Assembly: GCF_006345805.1 (NCBI RefSeq)
Contig: NC_043010.1
Span: forward strand, 58,466,001 to 58,530,000
DNA length: 64,000 nucleotides
Source: Octopus sinensis
Taxonomy: Eukaryota
Reading direction: 5' to 3'
Shown: positions 27,783 through 41,538 of the stretch, piece by piece
How positions within the stretch are numbered: the first letter of the stretch is position 1
Layout of the letters: each line of letters begins with the position of its first letter
The notes under the pieces: generated by a model
What the model was told of the DNA's origin: nothing
Database searches by the model: none
What the model saw: the letters and a program-made list of their open reading frames with translations, nothing else
Made by a program: the position numbers and the translations under genes

Positions 27783-28261
27783 CCCTAGTTTTCAGATCAC
27801 TTCACAGCTCTGGCCCCTGAAATATAATAATGTACAGTTGATAGGGGAATAAATAGTCAGATAAACAATGACACACTAAATATACATCATGTAAATAGGT
27901 CCTGCGTAATATGTAATATGTTATATCATCATCGTTCAATGTCCGCTTTCCGTGCTAGCATGGCTAGGACGATGCAATGAGAGTGATATAAAGTCGTGTT
28001 ACACATAATATCAAATATGTAATATCCTATATAAACAACAAGAGAAAGAATGGAAAATAGGACAAGTAAATGCAGAGAAAGGATCCTTCATCAGTTGTCA
28101 GCTGCCTATCTACTCCTCATTTCAAGCATTCATAGAAAGACAACCGACAACTGATGAAGGATTCTTTCTTTGGGTTAGCTTGTTCTGTTTTACATTTTTC
28201 TCTCTCGTTGTTTACGTATTTCATGTTGTTTGCACCGTTAATGACGTCCTGTACCCACATA

Positions 28262-28353
<92 letters not shown>

Positions 28354-29591
28354 ACAATAATTGTTTCTTATCAGGAACAAAAAAAGGTTTAATAGGACTG
28401 CAATAGAAGTGCTCTATTGGAAGAGACAAAAATATCAAACTAAAATCATTGAACAAGCAAATACAAGGTCAACCGCACCTAGTGCTTTAAACATAATTCA
28501 CCCCTGAAATGGCCATAGGGATAAGTAAACATGATTTCCTTCTTATATATAAGGCTTATTTTACCTGATTAAGATTTCTAAACGATGAACCTTATTTTAC
28601 TTTATTTACACGATATATATATATATTATATTTTTTATATGCTCCTATATGTATATATATTTATATATGTTTTATATATTTTTATATGCCTATATTTTTA
28701 TATACCTATATATTTCTATATATTACTTATATTATATTTTACTTTCTACGTCCATTTATAAATGTATTCTCTTTGAATCGCTAGAATATTAATTCTAAGT
28801 TTTAATGATAAGAATTTTTCTTGCACCATACCATATTATTATTATTATTACGTGCTGTACATATGAATTTTGTTCCATCTTGCGGGTTATATGTTTATTC
28901 TATAATTAAATGTTCGAATTATGAAATGACATGCGGTTGACCTTGTATTTGCTTGTTCAATGATTTTAGTTTGATATATATATATATATATTATTTTTTA
29001 CTATTATTTAACTGGACGCAAAGCATCCATTTCTAAGTATTAGTGAATTAAAACTTGAAATGAAAATATCAAAATAGACAGTGAAGCTTTGCAAATGGAA
29101 ACGGAAAGTGTTGCCGTTGCTACATCAATACCAGAAGTTGACATTGAGAAACCTTTTTAAAGAAGTGAATCATATATATAAAGCAATATTATTTATTTTT
29201 AATAAAAAAATCAAATGAAGAGCCTAAGATAAGTCTGAGGTTAAATTATTCCCACATCACAAGTATGGAAGCAATGGAGGAGCGATTTTCACATGAAAAG
29301 TAAATACACACACATCTCTATTTTATATATTAGATATACAGGTTGTGTAAGCTATTTAAAGACATAACTTTTTGGGGGCATTACTGCATTTTTTGCTAAC
29401 TCTGTATAATCTTTTGTTGTGTCTAGGGAGAGTCATTTTCTTTTTGTACCTTATAATGTAACACACTCACCGGTAAAATTTCCACGTTTTTCTTATTTTT
29501 ATTGTCTTAAAATTTTCGTTGCGTCTTGCAACCTTTTCAATAGTTTTGACTCCAAAAACGAAATGTATAATCTTTGTTTCAGAAAATAATA

Positions 29592-30622
29592 ATGGCAGAC
29601 CCTCAGCTTACTCAAGAAATGAAGAGGCATCTAGTTATTGTGGTTATAAGGGCTGAGCATAGCAATTTAGAAATATCTCAATTTTTAAAAGTTACCAGAT
29701 TTTCATCTACAAAGTTTGTAAGGAGCTAGAGACTGAAGATGGAAACATATCACCAGTATCAAAGCATAAAAAGCATTCTAAATGCTCTGAAATCATCAGA
29801 ACACCTGAATTAATCCAGAAAGTTTAAAAGACCATTTGATTACAATCCCAGAAAGTCCATGAGGTCAATTGCAAAAGATTTCCATGTATCACAAGGAACA
29901 GTTAGAAATGTTGTCCACAAAGACATCAGATATAAGTCTTATATGATGAGGAAAGGTCAATTGGTCAGAAAAAGCAAAAGAAAATCATTATATCAGATCT
30001 AAAAGGCTCTTAAATAAACTGAAAAATCCAGCAGATGAAAATTTGATTTGGTTTTTCTCAAATGAGAAAAACTTCAACCAGCATCAAAAAGTTTGCAGAA
30101 GAAATGACAGATGCTTATGTGCAGATCCTTCTGAAGTTCCAAGTGTTATGCATACAGAATTTCCTGCAACTGTCATGGATGAAGGACATGTGATGCCTCC
30201 TTATTTCTTTCCACAAAGCCTTAGAGTTAACTCTGCCGCCTACAGTGAGGTCCCGGAAACAATTGTTACGCCCTGGATTGACAGTGTATACAATGGAAGG
30301 CGATATGTGTTTCAGTAAGACTCTGCACTATCAGACATGGCTCTAGTAAACACAAGAATGGATGGCTAAAAATGTTCACGATCACATAACCCTTTATATT
30401 TGGCCTCTTAATTCCCCAGATCGCAATCTGTTAGACTATTGTAAGTGGAGCATTGTTGAGAAAGAGGTCAAGGAGCATGCCCATAACACCAAAGTTTCTT
30501 TGAAAGGTGCCATAGTCAGAGTAATGTTAAAAATGAACCAGGACCACTTGAATCGAATATGTAGGTGATTTAGATCTCATTTAGAAGCAGTTGTTGAAGC
30601 TGAAGATGGCTTTATTGAATAA
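29592..30622 (+). mobile_element. Tc1/mariner superfamily (maT/Bmmar1-like) transposase pseudogene
   Basis: MADPQLTQEMKRHLVIV...; WFFSNEKNF; VMPPYFFPQSLRVN; YVFQ*DSA; IWPLNSPDRNLLDY; FRSHLEAVVEAEDGFIE*; multiple stops and frameshifts. Confidence 0.8.
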
Positions 30623-30756
30623 CATTATAGAAAAGAAGGTTTATTTTTATCCTCATAGCAATTTTTGATAAATAAAGTTATTTGTTATTTTATATCTATA
30701 TTTTTATACACATTTATAAACATAGATCTATCCTCAAATATCTTACATACTCTGTA

Positions 30757-30841
<85 letters not shown>

Positions 30842-31111
30842 TGTTGTTTAATGTCCACTTTCCATATTGGCATGGGTTGGACAGTTTGACTGAGGACTGG
30901 CAAGCCAGGAGGCTCCACCAGGCTCCAATCTGATCTGGCAGTGTTTCTACAGCTGGATTCCCTTCCTGATGCCAACCACTCTGTGAGTGTAGTGGGCGCT
31001 TTTTTACATTCCACTGGCACAAGGACTAATCAGGCGGCACTGGTATCAGCCATACTTAAATGGTGCCTTTTATGTGCCACCGGCACGGATGCCAGTCAGG
31101 CGACACAGGCA

Positions 31112-31142
<31 letters not shown>

Positions 31143-31762
31143 GCCAGTGTCTCCTGACTGGCACCAAAATATATATATATATTTTGGTGAGGTTGGGTGC
31201 ATAGTGAGAGCTGGCAGTGATCTTCATAAAGCAGTTTGCCCAAACCAACATTGTTGCCATCATCATTTAACATTTGTTTTCCATACTTGGATGAGTTGGC
31301 TCGTTTGACAGGATCTGGTGAGCTAGAGCACTGTGGAAGCACCACAGTTAGCATCAGGGATCTGTGGCTGGATCCCTTCCTAATACCAGCCACTTTACAG
31401 AGTAGACATGTAAACATTTGAAAATAAACATTTCAGCAAGTAGAAAAGTACTCTATACTAACAGTAGAGTATCAAAATATATCTAATTAAACTGGAAACT
31501 TCAAAGATTGCGACATTGCATGAAATGATTGAGTATCAACATTATTTCATAATGCAACATATTGATTTTTTCTATTGATTACCTTCCCCTATACATCTGA
31601 TCTTATCCAACATTTTAGATTTTATATCCCCCCCCCCCGACCTCCATTCAAAATGAATTCTTCTGCTTTCTGTTACCTCAGTATCAACTTTAATAGTTTC
31701 TTATTTCATTTCTCAAATTTTATTCAAAGATTACACACAACAATCAGTGTCAGTTTCACCAT

Positions 31763-31793
<31 letters not shown>

Positions 31794-31818
31794 TGTATGT
31801 TTATATATATATATATAC

Positions 31819-31849
<31 letters not shown>

Positions 31850-32009
31850 GATATATATTTATATACACATACATACATATATATATATATACATACATAT
31901 ATATATTTATATATTCATACACATATACATATATATAATATACATACATATATATTTATATATACATACATACGTGTATATACATATATATATACACATA
32001 CACACATAT

Positions 32010-32400
32010 ACAGGGTGCAGTGAATAAACTGTCATCTAAATTACACGAAAATGAAAATAAAACTGACATCTCTGCACCCCCTCCCCCCAATCATAGGGGT
32101 TGCAGTCTGGGGAGTAAGCTGGCCAGATGTTATGGGTGATGTGGTCGCAGAAGTTGTCTGACAGCCGTGACAGGGTTCTCCTGCTTGTCTGGCATGGTGC
32201 AGAGTCCTGTTGCCAGACACAGGATCTTCCAGCAGCCACCCTCTTGACTGCCTCCTCCAAGCACTTGGAAAGCATGAGTTTTTTTACAGTATGTCCTCTA
32301 GATCACTACAAACAAATCATTTGTGCAGATTGTTCAGCAAAAGATATTGGAGAAAACCATCTACTTTGGATTACAAGAGACTGTCATCATGAATCATTGG
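32010..32400 (-). mobile_element. maT-like transposase fragment with terminal sequence
   Basis: ORF 32036-32275 includes VWQQDSAPC and IWPAYSPDCNPYD; starts with tacagggtg at a TA-rich flank. Confidence 0.7.
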
Positions 32401-32485
32401 CATAAATATATATGAGTGTGTGTGTTATCTGAATATCTCTCTGTCTATCTATCTATCCATCTATTTGTCTGTCTGCCTGTCTGTT

Positions 32486-32522
<37 letters not shown>

Positions 32523-33049
32523 ATATCTATCACACACATACATATATATATATTCGTATATATGTGTATGTGTGTGTGTGTATATTTGAGAACCCTTAAT
32601 TACTCTTTTCAAACCAGTTAAAAGATATTTCTTTCAGATCCCTGATGGCAGATTCAAATGCTAACCCCAAAAACCCAAAAGACATGCAGTCATTGTTGCC
32701 ATTTGGGTGAAACAGAGATTTATAATGTGTCCATTTTCTAAATGTTGCAACATCTTTTGTATGCAGAGTTTGGATGGAATTTGAAGCTTCTGACAGGAAT
32801 ATTTCAACTGTACCAAAGGGGGGGAAATAAACTTTAATTGTTTGGACACTACACAGTTTGAACACTGCAATCAAACCAACGGGTTGAAGACATTGATTGA
32901 TTGATTGATTCTAGTTTCAGCTCATGAGCTGTGGCCATGCTGGGGCACCGTTGATTATGTTTCCAGAAAATTAATCTGGACCATCACCAGAGAACTTCAG
33001 GTATCAGAGTAGACTATTGGAACTGTGATGCACAAGGACATTTGATACG

Positions 33050-33780
33050 GGTTGTTTGTTCTGAGGAGAGACCAAGCCATGGGTAGAAACATACAGGAAA
33101 ACCATTAATTCCATGCCAGGCAGTTATTTAACAAACCATGGCATGCTTTGGTTCTTCTGTGTGAGTGAAGAATCTGGACCAAGAAGAAAGCCTAACAGGA
33201 GAAATAGCAGATGGTTATGTGCAGATGGTTATGTGCAGATGGTTATGTGCAGATGGTTATGTGCAGATGGTTATGTGCAGATGCTTCTGATGTGCCAAGA
33301 GTGATGCTCACTAAATTTCCAGCAGCTAAAATGGTTTTTAGGAATGGTGAGGAAGGAAGGTCATGTCATGCCACCTCACACCTTTCCACGGGTGTTAAGC
33401 TCCAGGTGCATGAAGTATGCAGTGGAAGACCATCATGTGTTTCAGCAAGGCTCAACACTTGCTCAAAAAGCCCATGTAACCCAAGAATGGATGTCAAGCA
33501 GTTCTTAAGAAGAAGATAAGCATGTAAAACCAGATTTGTGGCCTCCAAATTCACCTGATTTCAGTCCCATTTGGAACATTGTTAAAAGGGAGACTAAATG
33601 ACATCCTCAAAATACCAGAGACACATTGAAGACTCCCATTCTCCAGTTGAGGATCATTTAGTAGAGATGGGTCAAGGATTCCGGTCCTCACTGAAATGGT
33701 CATCGATGCCAAAGTCTGATTCGTTGAAGATTTCAGAAGAAAGATTATCGAGAATGGCTGCACAAATCTTTAGTAACATA
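33050..33780 (+). mobile_element. Degraded maT-like transposase containing a 14-bp x5 tandem expansion (33207-33276)
   Basis: Remnants similar to 30043-30600 (tttggttcttc, gtcatgccacctcac, tttgtggcctccaaattcacctga); gcagatggttatgt repeated five times. Confidence 0.6.
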
Positions 33781-34859
33781 CTTTTGGTATTTACTAGCTT
33801 AAAGTTATTTTATAAAATTACTAATTATGTCTGCAAATGCCTCTTACAAACCTGTATACATGCAAATATAGATATATATACATACATCATCATCATCATT
33901 TAGCATCTGGTTTCCATGCCAGCATGGGTTTGATGATTTGACTGAAACTGGAAGCCCAAAGAGCTGTATAGAAATCATGCCAATCTGATTTGGCATGGTT
34001 TCTATAGCTGGATGCCCTTCCTAATGCCAACCACTCCAAGGTGCCAGTTATATGACACCAGCATTGACCATGACTACAATTTCACTTGGCTTGATGAGTC
34101 TTCTCAAGCACAGCATATAGTCAAAGGTCTTGGTCATTGGTCATCACATCTGTGAGGTCCAACATTCAAAGGTTATACTTCACCTCTCCACAGTTAGAGG
34201 TTGGCACTTCTTTACTCAGCTCTCCTTGTCCATATGTGTCTGTGTGAGTGTGTATAAGTATATATTTCTTTTGTTCTTTTACTTGTTTCAGTCATTTGAC
34301 TTCAGCCATACTGGAGCACCTGCTTGAAGAGGTTTAGTCAAAGAAAGCTTAATACTTATTCTACCAGTCTCTTTTTCTGACCCACTAAGTTACAGGGACA
34401 TAAGCACACCTACACTGGTTGTCAAACAAAGTTGGGGGGGGGGACAAATACAGACTCAAAGACACACACATAGATATACGTCTGTGTGTGTGTGTGTGTG
34501 TGTGTATACCATGGGCTTCTTTCAGTTTTTGTCTACCAAATCCACTCACAAGGCTTTCATCAGCCCAAGGCCCAAGGTGCCACATGGCAGGATTGAACCT
34601 AGAACCATGAGGTTGGGGAGCAAGCTTCTTACCACACATCCACATCTGCCCATATGTTTATACATACATACATACATACATGCATGCAAACAAACAAAAA
34701 TACCCTTGGGTCTTGGTTAGAAATTGACTCTTTCTCTATTGGTAAGAAATCTTGAAATAAAACTGAACAATGACATACATATATACATACATGCATATGT
34801 ACATATCTTTGTTGGAAATTGGCTCCTTCCTCAATTATAATTAAGAGATAGAAGAGACC

Positions 34860-34906
<47 letters not shown>

Positions 34907-35540
34907 CATTATATAAGCATTCACTTTTCCATGCTTGCATGAGTCTGGCAGAGTTTAGAGAAGCAGATTTTCAACAGCCTGATGCCCTTCCTTTTGGCAA
35001 CTCTCACCTGTCTCCAAGCCAGGTAATATTTTCCCAGGACCAAGCATGGTTTCTGCAGAATATTGGAAATGACTACAACTGTTTCTATGACTGTGACATT
35101 CATTTACACCCTACATGCTGTGTCAAGACAAGGAGACACAAACATGTTTGTACTCAGCTTTGTACTCACAATACACACTGGGATTGAACCCAGAACCGTG
35201 TGGTTGGGATGCAAGCTTCTTGACCACACACTCCATACCTGCACACATATCTATGTGTGTGTGTGTCCGCACACACAAACAGATACACGCATGCACACAC
35301 ACACATATATATATATACATACATATATATTTATGTTTTCTTTTGTTTCAGTAATTAGATTGCGGATACACACACACACACACACACACATATATAGACA
35401 GATAGATTGAGAAAGAGAGAGAGAGATACACAAGCAATTACAAACACACACACACCCACACACACACAGGTGTGTGTATATACACTCATATGCATAGTGA
35501 TACATGGAGCAGAGCCCATCCTCGTCAAAGAGCCATCACC

Positions 35541-35924
35541 ATCAAAGAGCCACCACAACTATGGCTGCTCTGTGTATATATTTCACCGTAGTCTTCATCT
35601 ATGTTTTTAACATTGATTTCAATACAATTACAACACTTCATCTGCACATTGAGAGATGTTATCATTAATAAGAATAACAACAATAATAATAATGATAATC
35701 ACTGAAATATCTCACTGAACCAAGCAGAAATATTCCTCCGTGATTGAATATTACAATAATTACAGATATTTGATATTAATTTGCATTATTAGAAATGAAA
35801 CAATAGTTGAGGTAGGTGTTTGTCAGTGATGTAAGGGTCCTTTATAACGGTATCTTAGCATTTTCTCCCATCACAACATTTCATGAAATATGTGCAACTG
35901 CCTAGCTTTCTGTATATTTATATA
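35541..35924. repeat. 384-bp unique-looking segment duplicated at 60344-60727 (intron 1 of unit B)
   Basis: Direct alignment by eye: 2 mismatches, no gaps. Confidence 0.95.
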
Positions 35925-35957
35925 ACTACATATCTACACAGACACATGCTATAGATA

Positions 35958-36010
<53 letters not shown>

Positions 36011-36092
36011 ACATACATACGTACATATATATATATTTATATTTACATATATATTTGTATATACATATATATACACAGATGCATTATATTCT

Positions 36093-36124
<32 letters not shown>

Positions 36125-36213
36125 GTTTATGTGTGTGTATGTATATATTGTATATAAATAAAAAAAGGGGAGAATTATAACAAAACAGTAAAAGATATGA
36201 ATAATAGACTTAC

Positions 36214-36404
36214 CTCCATTTTTCCATCCATAATCTGTGTGCATGTATATATATATATATATACTTCTGTGCATATATATGTGTGTAGTAGTATAGTCGT
36301 GTGTGGCGGTTTATGTGGTAGTAGGGCTATGGATCACAGGTTTTTACTACTGCTAGCTGCTACTGCTGTTGTTGTTACCGCTGCTGCTGCAGTCTGCTGC
36401 ACTC
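36214..36404 (-). promoter_or_regulatory. Leader exon end of Pcdh unit B: cagatt ATG GAT GGA AAA ATG GAG | GTAAGTCTA, with CTGCTGCAGTC motif
   Basis: ATG at 36231, donor at 36213-36208, motif at 36384-36394 (second near-copy 36394-36404). Confidence 0.7.
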
Positions 36405-36853
36405 CAAACACACACACACCGAATCAGGTACGGCACTACTACACGTGCCATCAGCTGTTGGAGGAGACGATGATGGAATTTCCAAGATGGGCTTACTTCC
36501 AGGGCTGCATAGGTTCCTCTCCTTCTCCGTGTCTGTGTGTCTGTGTAGCGAAATAGTTCAGTCAAGCAATCAATCTGTACACTGTGTGTGTGTGTGCATG
36601 CAGGCACGTTACAGTATCACTGCACTTTTCTGTGCATTTATATTTCGTGCTGCAGTTATGAGTAATGATGTCAGCATGCAGTGGTATGTGGTGTGGGTGG
36701 GTGGAGATGTGGTATTGGTATGCACTCTGGAAAAGGTTTAATCTTGGTATGTTGCATGCTATAAAATGAGTGGTAGTGAGTTATCAGATATTCTAGTGCA
36801 ATATATCACCTAGTGTAAATGCATGTATATATATATATATATTTGTGTGTGTG

Positions 36854-36902
<49 letters not shown>

Positions 36903-37377
36903 ATATATATGCATGTATTTACATTCATATATTAATGTACATATAAATATGTAGTTATGTGTGTGTGTGTATATATATAAATATACTACATATATACACA
37001 CCTATATATATATATATATACACCTCTATATATAGATATAGATATACACCTATATATATATATATTTATATGCATGTTTGTGTGTGTATATATATATATA
37101 TATTTATATATACATTCATATATTAATGTATATATATAAATATGTAGTTATGTGTGAGTGAGTGTATATATATATATATCCCAAAAAAAGCTGTAAGACC
37201 TATTTATAAATGTTCTAAAATCTTTCACAGCCTTGGATTTTTATCTCATTCTGAAAATTTATATATATATATATATATATATACATATATATATACATAC
37301 ACATATATATTTATACATACATATATACACTCATTCTCATATATATTCCACATGCACTGTCATGTTTCTGTGTAATT

Positions 37378-37383
37378 TTTATT
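37378..37383 (-). terminator. Candidate polyadenylation signal of unit A
   Basis: AATAAA on the minus strand about 110 nt after the stop at 37493; position plausible, not unique. Confidence 0.35.
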
Positions 37384-37492
37384 TACTTGTTGTTGTTGTT
37401 ATTGTTGTTGTCTTCGTTTCATTTGTAATGTCCAGTGTGAAACGTTTGCAGTCTGGTGACTGTTGTCCCCCGAAAGGAGGAACTGTGACATC

Positions 37493-37516
37493 TTATTTCT
37501 TGATTCGGGTGGGTAA
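37493..37516 (-). CDS. Pcdh: Terminal coding micro-exon of Pcdh unit A (LPTRIKK*)
   Basis: Acceptor ctatcttcttatcttccAG (37517-37518); TTA CCC ACC CGA ATC AAG AAA TAA; followed by GATGTCAC as in the 62620 copy. Confidence 0.8.
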   Translation of the reverse strand, partial: LPTRIKK

Positions 37517-39424
37517 CTGGAAGATAAGAAGATAGAACACAGTCAGAAATGGTGGTGGTGGTAGTGGGGGATGATGGTGAGGAGGAGGAGGAAGAAGATG
37601 AAGATGACTGATAATAATTTCTTTGGTACTCTACCTGTTGTGTATTACATAAAGTATGTATTTATTTCTTTATTGCCCACAGGGGGCTAAACATAAAGGG
37701 AACAAACAAGGCCAGACAAAGGGATTAAGTCGATTACATCAACCCCAGTGCATAACTGGTACTTATTTAATTGACACCAAAAGGATGAAAGGCAAAGCCG
37801 ACTTCAGCAGAATTTGAACTCAGAACATAACAGCAGACAAAAAACTTTTTTTTCCTCCTTTCTCATCAGAATAAGTGATCATTAATACATAAAGTGTGTA
37901 TTGTACATAAACCTGTATATTGATTCTTCATCATCATCGTTTAATGTCCGTTTTCAATGCTGGCATTGGTTGGACGGTTCGACTGGGGTCTGGGAAGCCA
38001 AGAGGCTGTACCAGGTTCCAATCTAATCTGGCAATGTTTCTACAGCTGGATGCCCTTCCTAACGCCAAACACTCTTAGAGTGTAGTGGGTGCTTTTTATG
38101 TGCCACCAGCACAGGAGCCACAGGGGGCTGGCATTGACCACATTCAGATGGTGATTGTTTGTATTATATAAATATCTATACACCGTGTATATATTGTATA
38201 GACATATCTATATACTGTATCCACAAGATAAAGATGTACCCACAGTAAATATTTCAATTGTCAGTTTTGGCTTGGTCTCTCCAGCTGGATGCCCTTCCTA
38301 ACTCCAACCACTTTGCAGAGTGTCAAGTGGTAGGAGCTTTTTGTGTAACCTGCATTGGTGAGGTTGCTAGGGAATTTGCAAGGCAAGAAAAGAAAGGAAT
38401 AAGAAAAAAAGAGGGGGGAAAAGAAAAAAGAAAAAGCTGCTTAATGAAGGATAGGAAGCTGATTAATGAAGGATAGGAAGGTGTAGTTGGAAGGGGTGAT
38501 GGTTCCATGCCAGGGATTGAGAGGTTGGGGTGAGATGGCAGAGTAAGCCTAGGTGTTTTGCTATGGTGATATAAGGATCCCAACATTATATAATGGTAGG
38601 TGGGATTTGCTGGAAGTCTGGAAAGAAGGGATGTGGTGGTGGGTTGTTGGAGTATCTCAAGATATGGGGTTGATATTAAAGGGGATGCAGGCAGTGGATC
38701 CTGGTAGGGGACGGAAGGGAAGTTTTATTAGGGTGTGAGGAGAGAGAGTTTGAGAGACAAGAGAGGCTCACCAGAGTGGCCATGCAAAGCAGGGTGTGAT
38801 GGAGGTAGTTTTCAAATTGTATAAAAACGTGTAATATACAAATAAATATCTGTAAATATAAAACCATCCGAATTTCTGAGTACCTCATTTCTTCTAAGAT
38901 ATATATATATATGTATATATATATGTTACACAAACCTGCATATATATTATATAGAAACATATCTATATATATATATATGTTACACAAATCTGCATATATA
39001 TTATATAGAAACATATCTACATACTGGATATTTTTCCTATATACCACATAATTATACAGTGTGTATATAACTGTATATACATGAGTATATTACGTACATA
39101 ACCATCATCATCATCATTTAACCTTTGTCTTCCATGCTAACATGGGTTGGATGGCTTGGCAGGAGCTGGTATGAATGGAAGGCACACCAGGTTCCATTGT
39201 CTGTTTCTGGCTTGATTTCAACAGATGGATGCCCCTCCTAATACCAACCATTTTACAGAGTAGACTGGGTGCTTTTTGCATGGTACCAGGACAGGCAAAG
39301 TTTGTTTTGGTATGGTTTTTACATCTGGATAACCTTGCTGATGCTTCAATCCTGTAACATAGTATCTGTGTGAAGGCGCATGGCTCAGTTGAGCTCGTTG
39401 AGCTTACGACCATGAGGTTGTGAG

Positions 39425-41222
39425 TACAATGGACTGTTAGGTAACAAACTGATTATATAACTTTACGCTCATCAGAGTTAGCTGATATGGAAGCGAATAT
39501 GCCAACTGCTTTCTATGGTCAGAGGTGGATTAGCACAACTGGTGAAAAAGGTGGTGGAATAAAAAAAGGGGCCAAGGGATTAGTTTAAGAGTTATGTCCC
39601 TTGGTTGGGTATGCTGTGAAGCGGGCAAGAATTATTTTGATGTGGGAAAGTGTGTATTATTAAGGTGGTGCTCCTGTGTGGGGACGGGGTGTGTGGTATG
39701 TGTAGCAGTGTCATATGTATAAGTTTTTCCGGGGGTGTAAGTAAATATAGCTGTATTCGTTGGTCTGTTTTCTTTCTGTAAAGGATAAAGCTGTGGTGGG
39801 GGTGGTCATGTTAGCATGTGGTGTGTAAAATGCATGTCTGGGATCTGTGTATATGAGGAAGTATAATTTGTGTGAAGGGGTATGTGTTGGTGGTGGTGGG
39901 AGATAGTTTATTCTGTAGGGTGTCCGCCTTATAGGGGTGTGTGTGTATGTTTATGGGTGCTTTGAGAAAGCACCACCTGAAAGTACTGTGGTTCACACCA
40001 CCATTTTCTTTAAACATTAAGACCAGAGTAGGTAAGATTTTTCTTAGTTTAGTTGATAGACACACCCTGAGAGTATCCTTTAGATGTGCACCCAGTGTTA
40101 AAAAGATTTTAGTATGTAGGCCCACACCTGAGGCTGAGGCAGGATGCTCGTGCAGGGGTAACACAACTTCTCCACTAAACGGCCACTGCAATAGGGAAAC
40201 AGTTGTTTATGAGGTAGAAGTAACAGTAACAAAACTCAATGGACAATTGAGCATGTGGAAATATGTGGGGGCAACAAAAGACCCCTTCAGAACCTACTTT
40301 AAGTCCTCATTCAACATCCCAGAGAGACGTAACACCACAACCCTAGCCAAGCACATCAGGACTTTGAAAGAGGGCAGCACAGAGTACAGCATAAAGTGGA
40401 AGATTCTAGAAAGATGCAAACCATACTCCACTAGCAGCAAGAAATGTAGATTATGCCTGGCTGAGAAGAGAGCAATTTTAAAAGGTACCCAACGCCCAGA
40501 TGTTTACCTGAATAGTAGGAGCGAGGTGTTTAATCCTTGCCCACATGATAGGTAGTACATTCTATCATACCTGCATGCCCCACCATGACTGCCTCAACCT
40601 TCCACAAACTACTTTCCACCATTGACCTTGAGCCTGGCAAACACCAAAGCACCCGTGTACATACGAACATACACTCACCCCTATAAGGCTGACAACCCAC
40701 AGAATAAACTGTCTCTCACCCACCCCAACACATACCCCTTCAAATTATACCCTCACATATACACAGACCGCGCACACACATTACACACCAGACACTAACA
40801 TAACCCCCACCCCCAACAACTCTGTCCTTTACAGAAAGGAGACCAACAAACACAACTATATGTACCTACGCCCCTGGAAAGAATTATAGATATGACACCA
40901 CTACACATACCACACCCCACCCCCACAGGAGCACCATATTAATAATACACACTTTCCCCACTTCAAGATAACTCTTGCCGACTTCACAGCATACCCAACC
41001 AAGGGACATAACTCCTAAACTAATCCCTTGGCCCTTTTTTCATTCTACCACCTTTTTCACAGCAACTGCTGATCAGTTGTGCTAATCCACCTCCGACAAT
41101 AGAGAACATTCACCAGATTCTCTTCCATATCAGCTAACTCTGATGAGCGTAAAGTTATATTGTTAGTTTGTTACCTAACAGTCCATTGTATTCTTTATGC
41201 GAAACCAATTGGCAAGACGAGC
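39425..41222 (+). mobile_element. Penelope-like element remnant: GIY-YIG endonuclease flanked by inverted copies of its terminal repeat
   Basis: ORF 39941-40555: PPFSLNIKTRVGKIFL, CSCR..SPLNGHC, VVYEV...KYVGAT, IKWKILE, CRLCLAEK, LNSRSE. 39425-39963 is the diverged reverse complement of about 40644-41190. Confidence 0.8.
41131..41222 (+). ncRNA. Type I hammerhead-ribozyme-like motif in the Penelope-like terminal repeat (probably inactive)
   Basis: CTGATGA (41140-41146); stem II gcgtaaag/ctttatgc (41147-54/41193-200); GAAA (41201-04); palindromic stem III ccaattgg; position 16.1 is C rather than U. Confidence 0.55.
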
Positions 41223-41270
41223 CATGATGGATATTTAATACTATACATTTTGGATAATATATATATAATA

Positions 41271-41449
41271 ATAATTAAAAGTATCTAAACGATACCACCA
41301 TGCTAGAGATAGCAGTCAAAACTTGTCTCTAAAACCACATCATATATTCATCCAGCACCAGGTGCTGTATGAATTCCTGATGTGGTTTTAGAGTCAAGTT
41401 TTGACTGCTATCTCTAGCATGGTGGTATCTTTTAGATACCTTTAATTAT
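41271..41449. mobile_element. Fold-back MITE (almost entirely palindromic)
   Basis: gataccaccatgctagagatagcagtcaaaacttg...caagttttgactgctatctctagcatggtggtatc plus outer and inner paired segments. Confidence 0.75.
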
Positions 41450-41538
41450 AATTTTAATAATAATTACCTATAAGGTTTTTATTCCCATGCTATCCACTTG
41501 ATATGATTAACAATCTTATCCTTATTTATATATATATA

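Noticed and set aside
33207-33276. Regular short direct repeats (also 61976-62071 and 44622-44910) as CRISPR-like arrays
   Set aside because: Head-to-tail repeats without unique spacers in a eukaryotic context; ordinary slippage or minisatellite expansions.
36491-36510. Second donor GAA|GTAAGC upstream of the unit B leader, sharing ccaagatggg with the unit A donor flank
   Set aside because: It could be an alternative first exon, but the ATG spacing differs (14 nt) and there is no independent support.
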